A DNA stretch of 64,000 nucleotides from Chloroflexota bacterium (GCA_964291655.2 OZ219801.1:64001-128000), one strand, 5' to 3'; shown: positions 9,163 to 19,820, numbered from the stretch's first letter. Numbers and translations: made by a program. Notes: a model not told the origin generated them from the sequence alone.

Positions 9163-10515
9163 ATGATGAAGACTAGCACCCGTCTACGCGGCCCGGTGAT
9201 CAATACGGAGCTACCCGGCCCGCGCTCACAAGAGATCAAGGCGATGTCTGAGCAGTACGAGCCCAATGCTTCCAGCGAGCAGGTGCCAATTGTTTGGAAA
9301 AACGCTGAGGGCGTCTGGGCAACGGACATGGACGACAACACGTTTCTGGACTTTACCAGCGGCGTGCTTGTCGCGAATGCAGGGCACAGTCACCCGCGCC
9401 TCGTGCGAGCGATGCAAGAACAAGCGGAGAAGGCCGTAAACACGTACGACTTTCTTAACGAGTGGCGCCCACAACTTGCCAAGAAACTGGTAGAGATCAC
9501 ACCACCAAACCTCTCTCGCGCGATTGTGCTCTCCACGGGTGCCGAAACCATCGAGACTGCCATGAAAATCGCGCGCCTTTACACCGGCAAGCACGAGATC
9601 GTGGCGTTCCATGGCGCGTTCCACGGGCGTACCTATGGCGCGATGTCGGTGAACGGCAAGCGCTCCAGCCCCGGTATCAAGGGGTTTGGACCCTTCTTGC
9701 CCGGCGTCGTCTTTGCGCCGTTCCCCTATCCCTATCGCAGCATTCTCTGCCGAGGCCATGAAGACGAATGCAGCGAACGCTGCTTCGAGTACTTCAAGTG
9801 GATCATCGAGACGGAGTCCGAGAAAGACATTGCGGCGGTGCTGGTCGAGACCTACCAGGGCGCAGCCGGCTCGATCATCGCTCCCAAAGACTGGCTGCAG
9901 ATGATCGCGCAGTGGTGCAAAGAAAACGGCGCCGTGCTGATCATCGATGAGGTGCAAGCCTCATTCGGACGCACCGGCAGGCTCTTTGGGTTCGAGCACT
10001 ACGACATCGAGCCGAATTTGCTCTGCCTGGGTAAAGGCATCTCGTCCACGGTGCCGGTATCCGCAGTGGTGGGCGAAGAAGACATCATGAGCGTTCTGAC
10101 ACCCGGATCAGTTTCCAGCACCCACGGCGGCAACGCCTTTTCGAGCCGCGTCGCCCTGGAAAACATCAACATAATCTTGGAAGAGAATCTCTCCGAGAAC
10201 GCGGCCCGCATTGGCGAAATTCTCGATGCCCGTTTCCGCGACATGCAGGCCAAGTACCCCGCCATCGGTGACGTGCGCGGACTCGGGTTGGTCTTTGGCA
10301 TAGAGTTTGTCAAGGACCCCGAGACCCGAGAACCGGCTCCCGAAGTCACGCAGGCCACCATTGACGAAGCCTTCAACCGCGGTCTTGTAATGATCGCGCC
10401 GATTGGATTTTACGGCAATGCAGTCCGCGTCGCGCCTCCGCTCGTCATAACGGAGGATGAGGCGCTGCTCGGCGCGGATATACTTGAAGAAGCGATTGCG
10501 GCCGTAGTTGGCTGA
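9163..10515 (+). CDS. Class III PLP-dependent aminotransferase (GabT/ArgD-like)
   Basis: FLDFTSG, AFHGRT, IIDEVQASFGRTG, CLGKG (PLP lysine), STHGGN. RBS GGAGGA upstream. Confidence 0.92.
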   Translation: MMKTSTRLRGPVINTELPGPRSQEIKAMSEQYEPNASSEQVPIVWKNAEGVWATDMDDNTFLDFTSGVLVANAGHSHPRLVRAMQEQAEKAVNTYDFLNEWRPQLAKKLVEITPPNLSRAIVLSTGAETIETAMKIARLYTGKHEIVAFHGAFHGRTYGAMSVNGKRSSPGIKGFGPFLPGVVFAPFPYPYRSILCRGHEDECSERCFEYFKWIIETESEKDIAAVLVETYQGAAGSIIAPKDWLQMIAQWCKENGAVLIIDEVQASFGRTGRLFGFEHYDIEPNLLCLGKGISSTVPVSAVVGEEDIMSVLTPGSVSSTHGGNAFSSRVALENINIILEENLSENAARIGEILDARFRDMQAKYPAIGDVRGLGLVFGIEFVKDPETREPAPEVTQATIDEAFNRGLVMIAPIGFYGNAVRVAPPLVITEDEALLGADILEEAIAAVVG

Positions 10516-10593
10516 TTGTCTCAGAAAGTTGTCTCGTAAAAAAACGCCTCTGCGGCAGAATAGGACGATCAACCACTAGGAGGAGTTGACGAT

Positions 10594-11016
10594 ATGTCTG
10601 ACCTATTTGTTACCGATCTGAATTACCTAGCCATCCTCGTGGCGGGTATCTCCAACATGGTGATCGGGTTCTTGTGGTACGGACCGATATTTGGCAAAGC
10701 GTGGATGGCGTTGCGTGGCATTAGTTTAGAGGATACGAACCCAAACCCTCTCATCTACGTTGTTTCGTTCTTGCTCTCGCTGCTCATGGCCCTTATCCTT
10801 TCAGTTTTCATCCACCACGTGGACGCAAGTATCCAGTCAATGAGCCTTGTACTTGGCCTTTTGGTGGCCCTCTTGGTTTGGGTCGGCTTCATCGGACCGG
10901 CGACCTTTCAAAACAACATGTATTCAGGTATCTCGAAGAAGCTTTTTGCTATTGACTATGGGTACGTGTTGGTCGCCTTGTTGATACAAGGCGCAATCAT
11001 TGGCGTGTGGCGTTGA
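10594..11016 (+). CDS. DUF1761-like membrane protein
   Basis: Four hydrophobic segments, NYLAILVA..IGFLWYGPIFGKAW, and C-terminal IDYGY. Strong AGGAGGAG RBS. Confidence 0.8.
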   Translation: MSDLFVTDLNYLAILVAGISNMVIGFLWYGPIFGKAWMALRGISLEDTNPNPLIYVVSFLLSLLMALILSVFIHHVDASIQSMSLVLGLLVALLVWVGFIGPATFQNNMYSGISKKLFAIDYGYVLVALLIQGAIIGVWR

Positions 11017-11266
11017 AGCAAAATTGGTCCGTAGTTCGATCACTATTGCCAAGAAGCACGTATGCTAACTCATAGGAACTCCAGAGCGATCTACGACGGC
11101 AGCAGCCTTCGTCTCGTCGCTTCACTTTCGTGGATTGCCTAGCGGACTTGCTCATTTGGGAACGCACAAGGAACGGGGAACCAAGGCGATGACTTAGTGC
11201 CGGCTCATTTGTAGATTGCAATTCTGGGGATCTGATAAAGCCGGATAGGAAGGTCAAACCATAGCC

Positions 11267-12949
11267 ATGTTGAGAGGAGGCGAAGCCCTCGTCAAGTCGC
11301 TCGTCCGGGAGGGTGTCGAAGTAATTTTCGGGATCCCCGGCATACACATGTCCGGGATCATCGCCGCCCTGCGAGACGAACCAGCCATCCGCATGATCAC
11401 CACGCGCCACGAAGCCGGCGCAGCCCACATGGCCGACGGCTATGCCCGTGCATCGGGAAAACCGGGGGTAGCCCTGGTGGTTCCCGGCGCGGGACTTTAC
11501 AACGCTGCCTCCGGCCTCGCCACGGCATACGCCCGTTCTTCGCCCGTCCTTGCCATTGCCGGCCAGATTCCGCGCGGCCAAATTGGCAAAGACCTTGAGG
11601 TCTATCATGAAGTCTCAGACCAATCCTCCGTAGTCCGCCCTGTCACCAAGTGGCAGCGGCAGGCGTTGACACCGCGGGAAATCCCGGACGCCGTGTGCGA
11701 AGCGTTCAGACAGATGCGTACCGGCCGTCCTCGCCCCGTCCTCCTTGAGATTCCTCCCGAGGCCGGGGTAGAGCGCGATGTAGTCCAATTGCGGAACCCG
11801 GCAAAGTTTTCGCGCATTGTGCCAAGCCAGGAAAACCTGCGGGAGGCCGCCCAACTTATCGCCCAATCTCGTCTGCCTCTGATTGTTGCCGGCGGTGGTG
11901 TGGCGATTTCAGGTGCGGAAGAGTCTCTCACAGCCTTGGTCGAGGCCACGAACATACCCGTGATCACCTCCAGTGGCGGCAAGGGTGCCATACCGGACCG
12001 CCATCCGCTGTGCTACGGCGCGTGTCTCAGTCCCGCCGGGGAGAGACCCGAGATGAATCAACTCTTTGAGGTGATGCAGTCTGCGGACGTGGTTATCGGC
12101 ATTGGCACACGCTTTTCGCTGGGCAATCCGGCCGGCGAGGCGTCCACGTTGGTCAACATCAACATTGACGACTCCGAGCTCACGAAAGTCCAATCCAATA
12201 CCATTCCCTTGCATGGCGATGCCAAGGCAACCGTGGAAGCGCTGCTCCCGCTCCTCATCGAGGCCGGAGCTGGTAATCGCTCTTCGCCCGCCGAAGCGGT
12301 TAGCGCGGCACGCCGCCTAATCGCCTATCACGACATCAGACAGAAGGAGCCGCAGTATCCAATTCTGGATACAATGCGAAACAGCATTCCGGAAGACACT
12401 TTCGTCGTTTGGGACAGCACAAAGTTTGGCTATTACGCCCGCACTCATTATCCGGTGAACCAGCCTAAGACATTCATCGATTCCGGCTACTCATTCAACG
12501 TCGGTTTTTCCTTTCCGGCGGCGCTGGGAGTAAAAGTAGCTGCACCCGACCGTCCCGTGGTGAGTGTCATTGGAGACGGCGGGTTCATGTTCAACTCCCC
12601 TGAACTTTCCACGGCGGTTAGCTATGGGATCAACACCATAACCATCGTCTTTCGAGACGACTCCTACGGCAACGTTGCCTACGACCTGGACGAGTTCTTT
12701 GCCGGAACTTACGAAACCGACTTGCTTAACCCGGACCTCGTCACATTCGCCGAGTCTTTCGGCGCAATCGGCATGCGGGCGGAGGACCCAATGGAACTCG
12801 AAACGCTGCTGCCAGATGCGCTGGCGCGCCAAACGCCGGTAGTCATTGACGTGCCGGTCGGCGACATGCCGTTGCCCCGCGCCAAGCTGCAAGCCCATCT
12901 CCCCTCCGTGCCCTGGGTCGTACCCCAGGAGGGGCTAATACAGCCGTGA
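11267..12949 (+). CDS. Thiamine-diphosphate-dependent enzyme (acetolactate synthase large-subunit-like)
   Basis: IFGIPG, TRHEAGAAHMADGYARASG and GDGGFMF ThDP motif. Confidence 0.9.
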   Translation: MLRGGEALVKSLVREGVEVIFGIPGIHMSGIIAALRDEPAIRMITTRHEAGAAHMADGYARASGKPGVALVVPGAGLYNAASGLATAYARSSPVLAIAGQIPRGQIGKDLEVYHEVSDQSSVVRPVTKWQRQALTPREIPDAVCEAFRQMRTGRPRPVLLEIPPEAGVERDVVQLRNPAKFSRIVPSQENLREAAQLIAQSRLPLIVAGGGVAISGAEESLTALVEATNIPVITSSGGKGAIPDRHPLCYGACLSPAGERPEMNQLFEVMQSADVVIGIGTRFSLGNPAGEASTLVNINIDDSELTKVQSNTIPLHGDAKATVEALLPLLIEAGAGNRSSPAEAVSAARRLIAYHDIRQKEPQYPILDTMRNSIPEDTFVVWDSTKFGYYARTHYPVNQPKTFIDSGYSFNVGFSFPAALGVKVAAPDRPVVSVIGDGGFMFNSPELSTAVSYGINTITIVFRDDSYGNVAYDLDEFFAGTYETDLLNPDLVTFAESFGAIGMRAEDPMELETLLPDALARQTPVVIDVPVGDMPLPRAKLQAHLPSVPWVVPQEGLIQP

Positions 12950-13176
12950 GGGGTTGCCCACAGTCATGGCTGAAGCACTCCTTTGATTAAGACTGTAGAG
13001 TGGCATTGACCGGATAGGGAGCGCGGCTTGGGTAACGATTGAAGTGCCGCTCGAACACAGATGTTGGTGCCGTCGCACAACGTAGTAGCTCACCCGCTTG
13101 AGGCCTGTTCCGACGTGGTGAATTGCGTCAGCGGTATGCCAGCACAGAATTGAGGTCCGTGGCTGGCGGCTTGATG

Positions 13177-14721
13177 CTATTCACGGAGACTCTTCGTCAC
13201 GAGTGGAATCTCGACGAGCAAGTCTGAGGCGAGCAGCCCACTATCACCTAAGCGAGATCGCACCCGTTCGCCGGCTTCGCCGTGAATGAAGGCCCCCGCC
13301 ACTGCCGCCTCGCGTGGCGCAACGCCTTGTGCCAGCAAGCCAACCGTGATCCCTGCCAACACATCGCCCGTACCGGCAGTAGCAAGAGCCGGATTGCGAT
13401 GGGGGTTGATATAAGTTGTGCCATCCGGCGTGGCTGAAATGCTCGGTGCGCCCTTGGCCATTACGACCACGCCCCAGTCGGCAGCACACTGCTGCGCCAG
13501 TTGCAGCCGATTCCCATCTACTTTTGCGGCCGGCTGGCCAAGTAAACGACCGAACTCCCCAGCGTGAGGAGTAAGGACTGTCTGCGGCGGCAGAACACTC
13601 TCCAAGTCCTGGCCGATAATCGCATTGATGCCATCAGCGTCGAGCACCAGGGGTGGGGCGTCCGCAGAATTGCGGAGCTCGTGCACAAGCGCGCGCACGA
13701 AAGCATACGTCTCCGGGTCGTTTCCCAGTCCACAGCCCACGAGCAGCGAACGGTATTGTGGCAGTATCTCCATGATTGTGCCCAAGTCATCGGAGGTGAC
13801 GTGACCGACTTGATTGGAAAGCGGCAGGAACGTGCATTCGGTTACTCTTGATGCCACCGCTGCGTGAATAGAGGCAGGCAGAGCCACAGTTACTAGGCCG
13901 GCGCCCGCGCGCGCGGCTGCGGCGGCACTCAAAGACGCTGCCCCAATGTACCGCGAAGAGCCTGCGACTATGAGCGAGCGGCCAAACGAGCCCTTGTGCG
14001 CCCCTGCGGTACGTCTCGGCAAGAAGCCTTGCACGAGGGATGCACTTGTGCGCTGAAGCGTCAAAGGGTCTGCCCATACTTCCGGTAGGCCTATGTCAGC
14101 AGTTGAGACCTCGCCAGCACAATCGGCCCCCTTGCCCACAAAGCAGCCCGGCTTGGCAAAGCCCGTGGCCAATGTAAAGTGGGCTTGAAACGCCTGCGGA
14201 TCTGCTTCGCCGCTATCCGCATTGATGCCGCTGGGGATATCCACTGCCACGCACAGTGTATCGGCGCGCAGGGTCTTGTGATGCGTCCTGAGCACCTCCA
14301 GAACGCTGCCCCGCAGAGGTGGTGTCGCGCCGGTGCCAAGTAAAGCGTCCAACACACAGTCCGCACTTGCCAACCACTCATCGAGCCGCCCCGCACTGTC
14401 GCCCACGCCGTGGATAGCCACTGGGATCCCAACGGACTGCACCCGCTTGAGGTTGGTGTCATCAGTACGGCCGCGAGTCAGGTAGACCCAAGGCTCTACT
14501 CCAAAGCGGTATAGGTGGTAAGCGGCCACCAACCCGTCACCGCCGTTATTGCCCACACCTGCGAGAATGAGCACACGCTTACCGGGCGTGAGCTGTCCTT
14601 TCGTCCTGAGAAGAGTCGCGATATTGTAGCCCGCTAACTCCATGAGGGTGCGCTCATCCATTCCCATGGCTACGGCATCAGACTCGAGTTGGCGCATTTC
14701 CTCAGTCCGCGCTATTTTCAC
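13177..14721 (-). CDS. nnr: Bifunctional NAD(P)H-hydrate epimerase/dehydratase
   Basis: GNNGGDG, DALLGTG and VDIPSG (YjeF_N); HKGSFG, DADG, TPHAGE and ATAGTGDVLAG (YjeF_C). Confidence 0.95.
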   Translation of the reverse strand: MKIARTEEMRQLESDAVAMGMDERTLMELAGYNIATLLRTKGQLTPGKRVLILAGVGNNGGDGLVAAYHLYRFGVEPWVYLTRGRTDDTNLKRVQSVGIPVAIHGVGDSAGRLDEWLASADCVLDALLGTGATPPLRGSVLEVLRTHHKTLRADTLCVAVDIPSGINADSGEADPQAFQAHFTLATGFAKPGCFVGKGADCAGEVSTADIGLPEVWADPLTLQRTSASLVQGFLPRRTAGAHKGSFGRSLIVAGSSRYIGAASLSAAAAARAGAGLVTVALPASIHAAVASRVTECTFLPLSNQVGHVTSDDLGTIMEILPQYRSLLVGCGLGNDPETYAFVRALVHELRNSADAPPLVLDADGINAIIGQDLESVLPPQTVLTPHAGEFGRLLGQPAAKVDGNRLQLAQQCAADWGVVVMAKGAPSISATPDGTTYINPHRNPALATAGTGDVLAGITVGLLAQGVAPREAAVAGAFIHGEAGERVRSRLGDSGLLASDLLVEIPLVTKSLRE

Positions 14722-15003
14722 CCTCAGAGCTCCTCGTGACTACCACTCGGAAAAGTAATCTCATTTTCAGATTTGCGTGACTACGATGAGCATCAAGTTC
14801 GCTTACAAGCCCTAGAATTTCCCCTTAGCATCGATGGGAATTCTCTCCTGGCGTGCGAAGAACTTGCCAAGCAGCTTCGTGTCACTTTCGCTCAGTCTTC
14901 AATGCCGCCTGCAGCGGAATGGGCTCCGCCAACCGTCCAGTTGCTCTATTCGGACATTCTGGTCCCGCCATTTCCTGCCGCTCGGGACTTTGCATGCCCT
15001 TTT

Positions 15004-15849
15004 CTAAGTTGCTACAACAACTGCCATCGCGAATTCACGGCTATGGCTTAGACTGACAGCAAAGTGCCGTAGATTGAGCTCCCGCGCCCGTGCAGCAGCC
15101 GCCCCATGAAGATAGACCAGCGGCTTGCCGCGCATATCGGGCAAGACCTCCATTTCCCGCCAGCGAATGCCCCAAATGCCTGTGCCCAGCGCTTTTGAAG
15201 TTGCCTCTTTCGCGGCAAATCGCGCTGCGAGTTCCGGTACTCTGCCACGATACAGCGCCTGCTCCGCTTCGGTATAGACTCGGTAGAGAAAGCGCTCACC
15301 GTAGCGCTCGACAACACGCGCAATCCGCGGAATCTCAATTATGTCCACTCCGGTACTTGGTCCTCCAGCGGCAGGCAAGATGCTGTCGACTCCCGTCCCT
15401 GCAGGCGCGGGACGAATCAGACCCCTTCCCTGGGCGACACATGCAAGGATTTCTCTAGCCATGGGTGCAGAGTCTACACCGTCGGTATTGATGAGCCTTG
15501 CACGCCGGAAGACGCCCTGTAGTCGCGTAGGCTTGCGCAAGAGAAAGAGAAAGAGCGGGCTCGTGTTTTGATCGAATGCGCCCAAGAGTGAGGACACGCT
15601 CTCCAAATGAGGGAGAACGAGAACGCACGTCCCGCCGTGGGCGGCAATCCTCTCCGCACTCGCCGCCAGAGTCCCGGCAAGCCACGGTACGCTAGATGTG
15701 GGTTGACCACTCCCTGTGGCAACGGATGCTTGGTTCTCAACGGGGACAAAGTAATCCTGTTGCAAAACGGTAGTCTGCGCCAAATGGCCTGCAAGCGCAT
15801 GACCGACCTGCGCTCCTACCAAGGCATTTCCAGCGAAGACGATGATCAT
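15004..15849 (-). CDS. acpS: Holo-[acyl-carrier-protein] synthase with an extra ~160-aa N-terminal domain
   Basis: C-terminal GVDIIEI, RFAAKEATSKALGTG, GKP and VSLSHS motifs. Single uninterrupted ORF of 281 aa. Confidence 0.88.
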   Translation of the reverse strand: MIIVFAGNALVGAQVGHALAGHLAQTTVLQQDYFVPVENQASVATGSGQPTSSVPWLAGTLAASAERIAAHGGTCVLVLPHLESVSSLLGAFDQNTSPLFLFLLRKPTRLQGVFRRARLINTDGVDSAPMAREILACVAQGRGLIRPAPAGTGVDSILPAAGGPSTGVDIIEIPRIARVVERYGERFLYRVYTEAEQALYRGRVPELAARFAAKEATSKALGTGIWGIRWREMEVLPDMRGKPLVYLHGAAAARARELNLRHFAVSLSHSREFAMAVVVAT

Positions 15850-17060
15850 TCTCCAACCAGGCTTACGTACTGGATCACGCCTTCGTAGGAGTGGCCGGAA
15901 GCCACAACTTCCACATCCCGGATGAAGATAGGACGCTGCGCGAGTTGAAGTATGTTCTTCTCATACGTAAACCACGCATCTTGAGAGACTTGTGTTGCAT
16001 TCTCAGTCAAAAAGCCCTCCTCACTCGGTACGTGGTAATAGAACCCATGAAACCACACTCTCTCTTCTCCATTTATGTCCCGGTAGCGAATGCGTACTAT
16101 GACGGGGTACTCGGACCCTCTCCAGCCGCCTCCGGGCAGGCTCTGGTGGACCGCCTTAATCCGCGCCCTTAGATACAACTCTTCGAAGTCCCATACGTCG
16201 CGGTCGATCTGCTGTACGAGAACGGTCTGACCGTGTCCTTCTCCATCACGCTTTAGGTGCACACCGCCTAGTTGAAAGGTAGCTGAGCCGGAAGGTGCTG
16301 CTATGGAGCGGTCCTCTTCGGTCCAGTATGCGCGCAAGTCCTGTTCGGGCAGTGTGAAGTCGCCCAGTTGCACAAGGTCCTGCACAGCCGGCAACGGCGC
16401 GAGCGGCAGTTGACCCTCTTCTGTGGTCACTCGTTCCCCGGCGGCAATTTTCAAATCTGCTGGGCCATTGGACACGGTCGCGCCGCCTAATCGCACGCCG
16501 AGCGAACTGCGATGCTCATCAATGACTTCCACAGCATAGCTTCCCTCCTGCAAGGTAGCTGTAAACGTTGGCACGCGCACACGAAAGTCGCGCTCTTCCG
16601 GAGTCCTGGCCACCGCCACCCCAATGCGGCTCTTGCCTTTGACTTGCTCGATGACGACTTGCATTTTCTCAGGTTGATACCGCACGAGGTTGGACGCAAT
16701 TAGGGTAACGCCACTGTTCGGGTACAAGACGACAGTACTGCCATCCGGCAGCGCCAAGAACGCGCGAGAATTCTCATCGGTCGTAATGCTGTCACCGGGA
16801 TTCAGCAGTGTACCTTCAAATCGCACGACCCAACTTGGCGAACCCGCCGTAAGCACGTACACTTCTTGGCCGCTAATCACGCGCACAGGTACCGATACAT
16901 CCCGGCGGATACTCTCGATGACCCAACTCAATGCATGGGGAAGGGAAAAGACAATTCCCAAGAAAATGAGAAAGCCAACAACAAGAGTTGCCCATGCCAG
17001 ACGCTGCAAGCCTGCATATGTGCGGCTTGCTGTCACTGGAGGGGCCGTGTATTGTTGCAT
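15846..17060 (-). CDS. Membrane-anchored FecR-domain protein
   Basis: One N-terminal TM helix, GDSITTDENSRAFLALPDGSTVVLYPNS FecR signature and a beta-rich C-terminal domain. ATG at 17060 sits directly after the acyP stop. Confidence 0.8.
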   Translation of the reverse strand: MQQYTAPPVTASRTYAGLQRLAWATLVVGFLIFLGIVFSLPHALSWVIESIRRDVSVPVRVISGQEVYVLTAGSPSWVVRFEGTLLNPGDSITTDENSRAFLALPDGSTVVLYPNSGVTLIASNLVRYQPEKMQVVIEQVKGKSRIGVAVARTPEERDFRVRVPTFTATLQEGSYAVEVIDEHRSSLGVRLGGATVSNGPADLKIAAGERVTTEEGQLPLAPLPAVQDLVQLGDFTLPEQDLRAYWTEEDRSIAAPSGSATFQLGGVHLKRDGEGHGQTVLVQQIDRDVWDFEELYLRARIKAVHQSLPGGGWRGSEYPVIVRIRYRDINGEERVWFHGFYYHVPSEEGFLTENATQVSQDAWFTYEKNILQLAQRPIFIRDVEVVASGHSYEGVIQYVSLVGE

Positions 17061-17061
17061 G

Positions 17062-17355
17062 TCATTGCCTGATCTGAAACTTGGTATAAGCTCCAGAAAG
17101 CGGTTCCCAGGTAGTCTCGACGAGCTCCACACGGCTCAACAGCGGCCCGCTCTTGAGCCGCGCCAAGAGCGTATCTAGTTCGTCAACCGGACCTTCGGCG
17201 AGAACTTCCACACTGCCATCGCTGTCTACGTTGCGCACGAATCCCACCAGCCCAAGACGCGTCGCGGTCCGTTGTACGAAATCACGGTATCCAACACCTT
17301 GCACTCGTCCGTACACGCGTACACGTAGCTGTCGCAGACCAGGGGGCTTTCGCAT
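17062..17355 (-). CDS. acyP: Acylphosphatase
   Basis: VYGRVQGVGYR and GFVRN..DGSVEVLAEG signatures. Confidence 0.93.
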   Translation of the reverse strand: MRKPPGLRQLRVRVYGRVQGVGYRDFVQRTATRLGLVGFVRNVDSDGSVEVLAEGPVDELDTLLARLKSGPLLSRVELVETTWEPLSGAYTKFQIRQ

Positions 17356-17386
17356 GATTCTCTCCGGCGAACGTCCCGCAGCTCCG

Positions 17387-18373
17387 TTAGCTCTGCGCGT
17401 TCTCCAGCCCAAGCTCCTGTCGAACTTCGCCCACTGCTTCCACGATAACGGCAAGTTTGGCTTGCGCCTCGTCTACCGAGCGGGTCTTCAGGCCGCAGTC
17501 CGGGTCGATATAGAGTCGGTCGGCGGGCACTACATCTAGCCCCTTGTAAATGCCCGCCTTCACCTGCTCTTTATTCTCGACAATGTGGCTGTGCACATCC
17601 ACGACGCCCATTGCCAGATTCTTGGTAAAAGGTGCGCGCGAACTGAAGAGATCAAGGAGGCTAAAGTCGCTATTTGCCATTTCCAAGTCAATGACGTCTA
17701 CCGGAATATCGAGCATCTTGGGATAAATGGCTTCAAAGTCGCCATAGCAGATGTGTGTGCCGGTAGTTGCCTCAATTCCATCGACAACCACTGCCATCGC
17801 CCGTATTGCCAGCGGGAGGTCTTCCGGCCGCGTGGACACTGCCGGCTCGTCAATCTGTATGTACTTTGCGCCAGCTTTCTCTAAGTCCACTACCTCTTCG
17901 TGCAGCGCCTCAGCCATCGCCAGCACGAATTCTTCCTGAGTGTCGTAGTAGTTGTTGTACGACCACTCTGCCATCGTGTAGGGCCCGGTGATCATGCCCT
18001 TAACGGGCTTATTCGTCAGGCTCTGGGCATAGTGCCACCAGTCGAGTGTGAACGACTTGACCCGCTTCAAAGGGCCTACTGCGATTGGCTTCCTGTAGTA
18101 CCGGTTACCGTACGACCGCACGAGGCCGCTAATTTCCATACCTTCCATCATCTCAGCGAAGTACGTTGCCATATCGCCGCGGTACATTTCGGAGTCGACG
18201 ACGATGTCAAGCCCGAGTTCATTCTGGAAATCAATCCAGAACTTCGTATATTCTCGTTCCATCGCCTCCAAGTCTTCTTGGGGCAACTTGCCACGCGCAA
18301 ACTCAGTTCGCGCTTTGGCGAGCGCCGGTGGCTTTGGCAAACTTCCAACTTGTGTAGTCCATAGACCTTCCAT
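17387..18373 (-). CDS. Cobalamin-independent methionine synthase, catalytic (C-terminal-like) subunit of a split MetE
   Basis: VGSLPKP, VRSYGNRYYRKP, KGMITGPYT and IQIDEPA. Zn ligands H-I-C, E and PDCGLKTR are present. Confidence 0.88.
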   Translation of the reverse strand: MEGLWTTQVGSLPKPPALAKARTEFARGKLPQEDLEAMEREYTKFWIDFQNELGLDIVVDSEMYRGDMATYFAEMMEGMEISGLVRSYGNRYYRKPIAVGPLKRVKSFTLDWWHYAQSLTNKPVKGMITGPYTMAEWSYNNYYDTQEEFVLAMAEALHEEVVDLEKAGAKYIQIDEPAVSTRPEDLPLAIRAMAVVVDGIEATTGTHICYGDFEAIYPKMLDIPVDVIDLEMANSDFSLLDLFSSRAPFTKNLAMGVVDVHSHIVENKEQVKAGIYKGLDVVPADRLYIDPDCGLKTRSVDEAQAKLAVIVEAVGEVRQELGLENAQS

Positions 18374-18375
18374 CG

Positions 18376-19371
18376 TTATGCGACAGCCTCCTGAGCTTTC
18401 TTGACAGCATGAACCATGTTTTTCAGCTTGTCGTACGCGGTCTCTCTGGGCAAGAACTCCAAGCCGGTGTTTGGGCTGATGGCTAAGCGCTCTCCAGATA
18501 CGTGCTCTGTTGCGTAACGCACACTCTCTAGCACGGCTTCTTCGGTCTCCATGCGCACGTTGCGCGCGTCGATAATCCCAAGCATGAGATCTCTATCGTC
18601 GGGAAACTCAGGTACAAGCGCAAGGTTGCCCTTGCCATGCACCATGTCAAGTCCAAATCCCTGAAACGGCAGCGCGAAGAAGTCAGGCAACCCTGCGGCA
18701 TCACCAAAATCGGTTCGCAATAGCGTCGTGGCACCCACGCCATCCATGAGCACGTCCATCGCCTCCTTGAAGATGCCCCAGTCACCCTTATAGCGGTGCC
18801 AGACAATCGCAGGTTCATCAACTTGGATCAGCGGGGGATCAGTCGCCGCCAACGCTTTCATCTCCTGGTTCAGAGCACGTGCCGTATCCAATACAAGGGT
18901 CTGCAGGTCAACGACTTCATCAGAGACGGCGTAAGCCCCGAGCAGTGAGAGTTTTGCGATGGTATAGGGTCCGGTGACCACAGGCTTCACAGGCCTTGTA
19001 GCATGGTCACGGGCAAACTCATAGTCGTGTACGAGAATTGGCCCTTGCCACGCAATGCGCCCGGTTGCCTCCGGCTGGCGGTAAAAGGTGTTTGTGTCAA
19101 AGTAGCGGATGAGACCGCCTATCTCGTAGCCATCGAGTTTGCCCGCGATGTACGTCACCGGATCTTGCCAGCGAATCTGGCCGTCAGCAATCACGTCTAT
19201 GCCGGCACGCTCCTGCTCGCCGATCACTTCGATCGTCACTTCATCCGCCGCGGCGGCGAGCTCGTCTGCTGATATGCGCCCCCTATCAAAGGAGGCGATG
19301 GCGCGGCGCAACGTCTGACCACCGCGTCTATTGGCTATTTTCGGATAGTTCCCTGGGACCGTACTGATCAT
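18376..19371 (-). CDS. MetE N-terminal-like subunit of a split MetE
   Basis: GNYPKI, DGQIRWQD, RYFDTNTFYRQP, KPVVTGPYT and QVDEP. Zn ligands are absent (LRTDFGD, PNTGLEFLP). The stop lies 2 bp from the next start. Confidence 0.85.
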   Translation of the reverse strand: MISTVPGNYPKIANRRGGQTLRRAIASFDRGRISADELAAAADEVTIEVIGEQERAGIDVIADGQIRWQDPVTYIAGKLDGYEIGGLIRYFDTNTFYRQPEATGRIAWQGPILVHDYEFARDHATRPVKPVVTGPYTIAKLSLLGAYAVSDEVVDLQTLVLDTARALNQEMKALAATDPPLIQVDEPAIVWHRYKGDWGIFKEAMDVLMDGVGATTLLRTDFGDAAGLPDFFALPFQGFGLDMVHGKGNLALVPEFPDDRDLMLGIIDARNVRMETEEAVLESVRYATEHVSGERLAISPNTGLEFLPRETAYDKLKNMVHAVKKAQEAVA

Positions 19372-19820
19372 ATATAACTCCTGTTATGTGGCCCTGCTAC
19401 TTACACACACTATGGTATGGCAGACAGTACCAAATTTCAAAACGAGAGAAGACGGAGTTCTATTCTGAGAGCTCAAGAGATGAGAGGAAAGGTGACAGCG
19501 CCCTTAAAGGGGGACGGTAGATCTCCTACAATCAATTCAAGAACTACGCCATGCAGGCACAGCCGGCAGTCTCTCATGCGCAAAGAACTACCTTTCACAG
19601 CGTTACCGATTCCCTCATTGTGTGACAGTAGCTGCTCCCTCGGCTATGCTAGATACACACTGATTCTGCCAGGTTGCGAGGTTTTGCCGCAGCAAGTTCT
19701 TGACCAACTGCCACTAGGTACAGAGGCTGAATCACACTCGTCCTGCGGGATTTCGGCCGGACCCGCCCTCTGCAAGTCGCTGGGCTCCAAAGCATCAAGC
19801 TAGCGAAAGGATGTTACTCC

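Noticed and set aside
19372-19820. Possible SAM or cobalamin riboswitch upstream of the split metE, and the 128-aa ORF 19417-19803
   Set aside because: I could not find the conserved riboswitch cores by eye, and the ORF has no family features. An Infernal scan would be needed to exclude an RNA.
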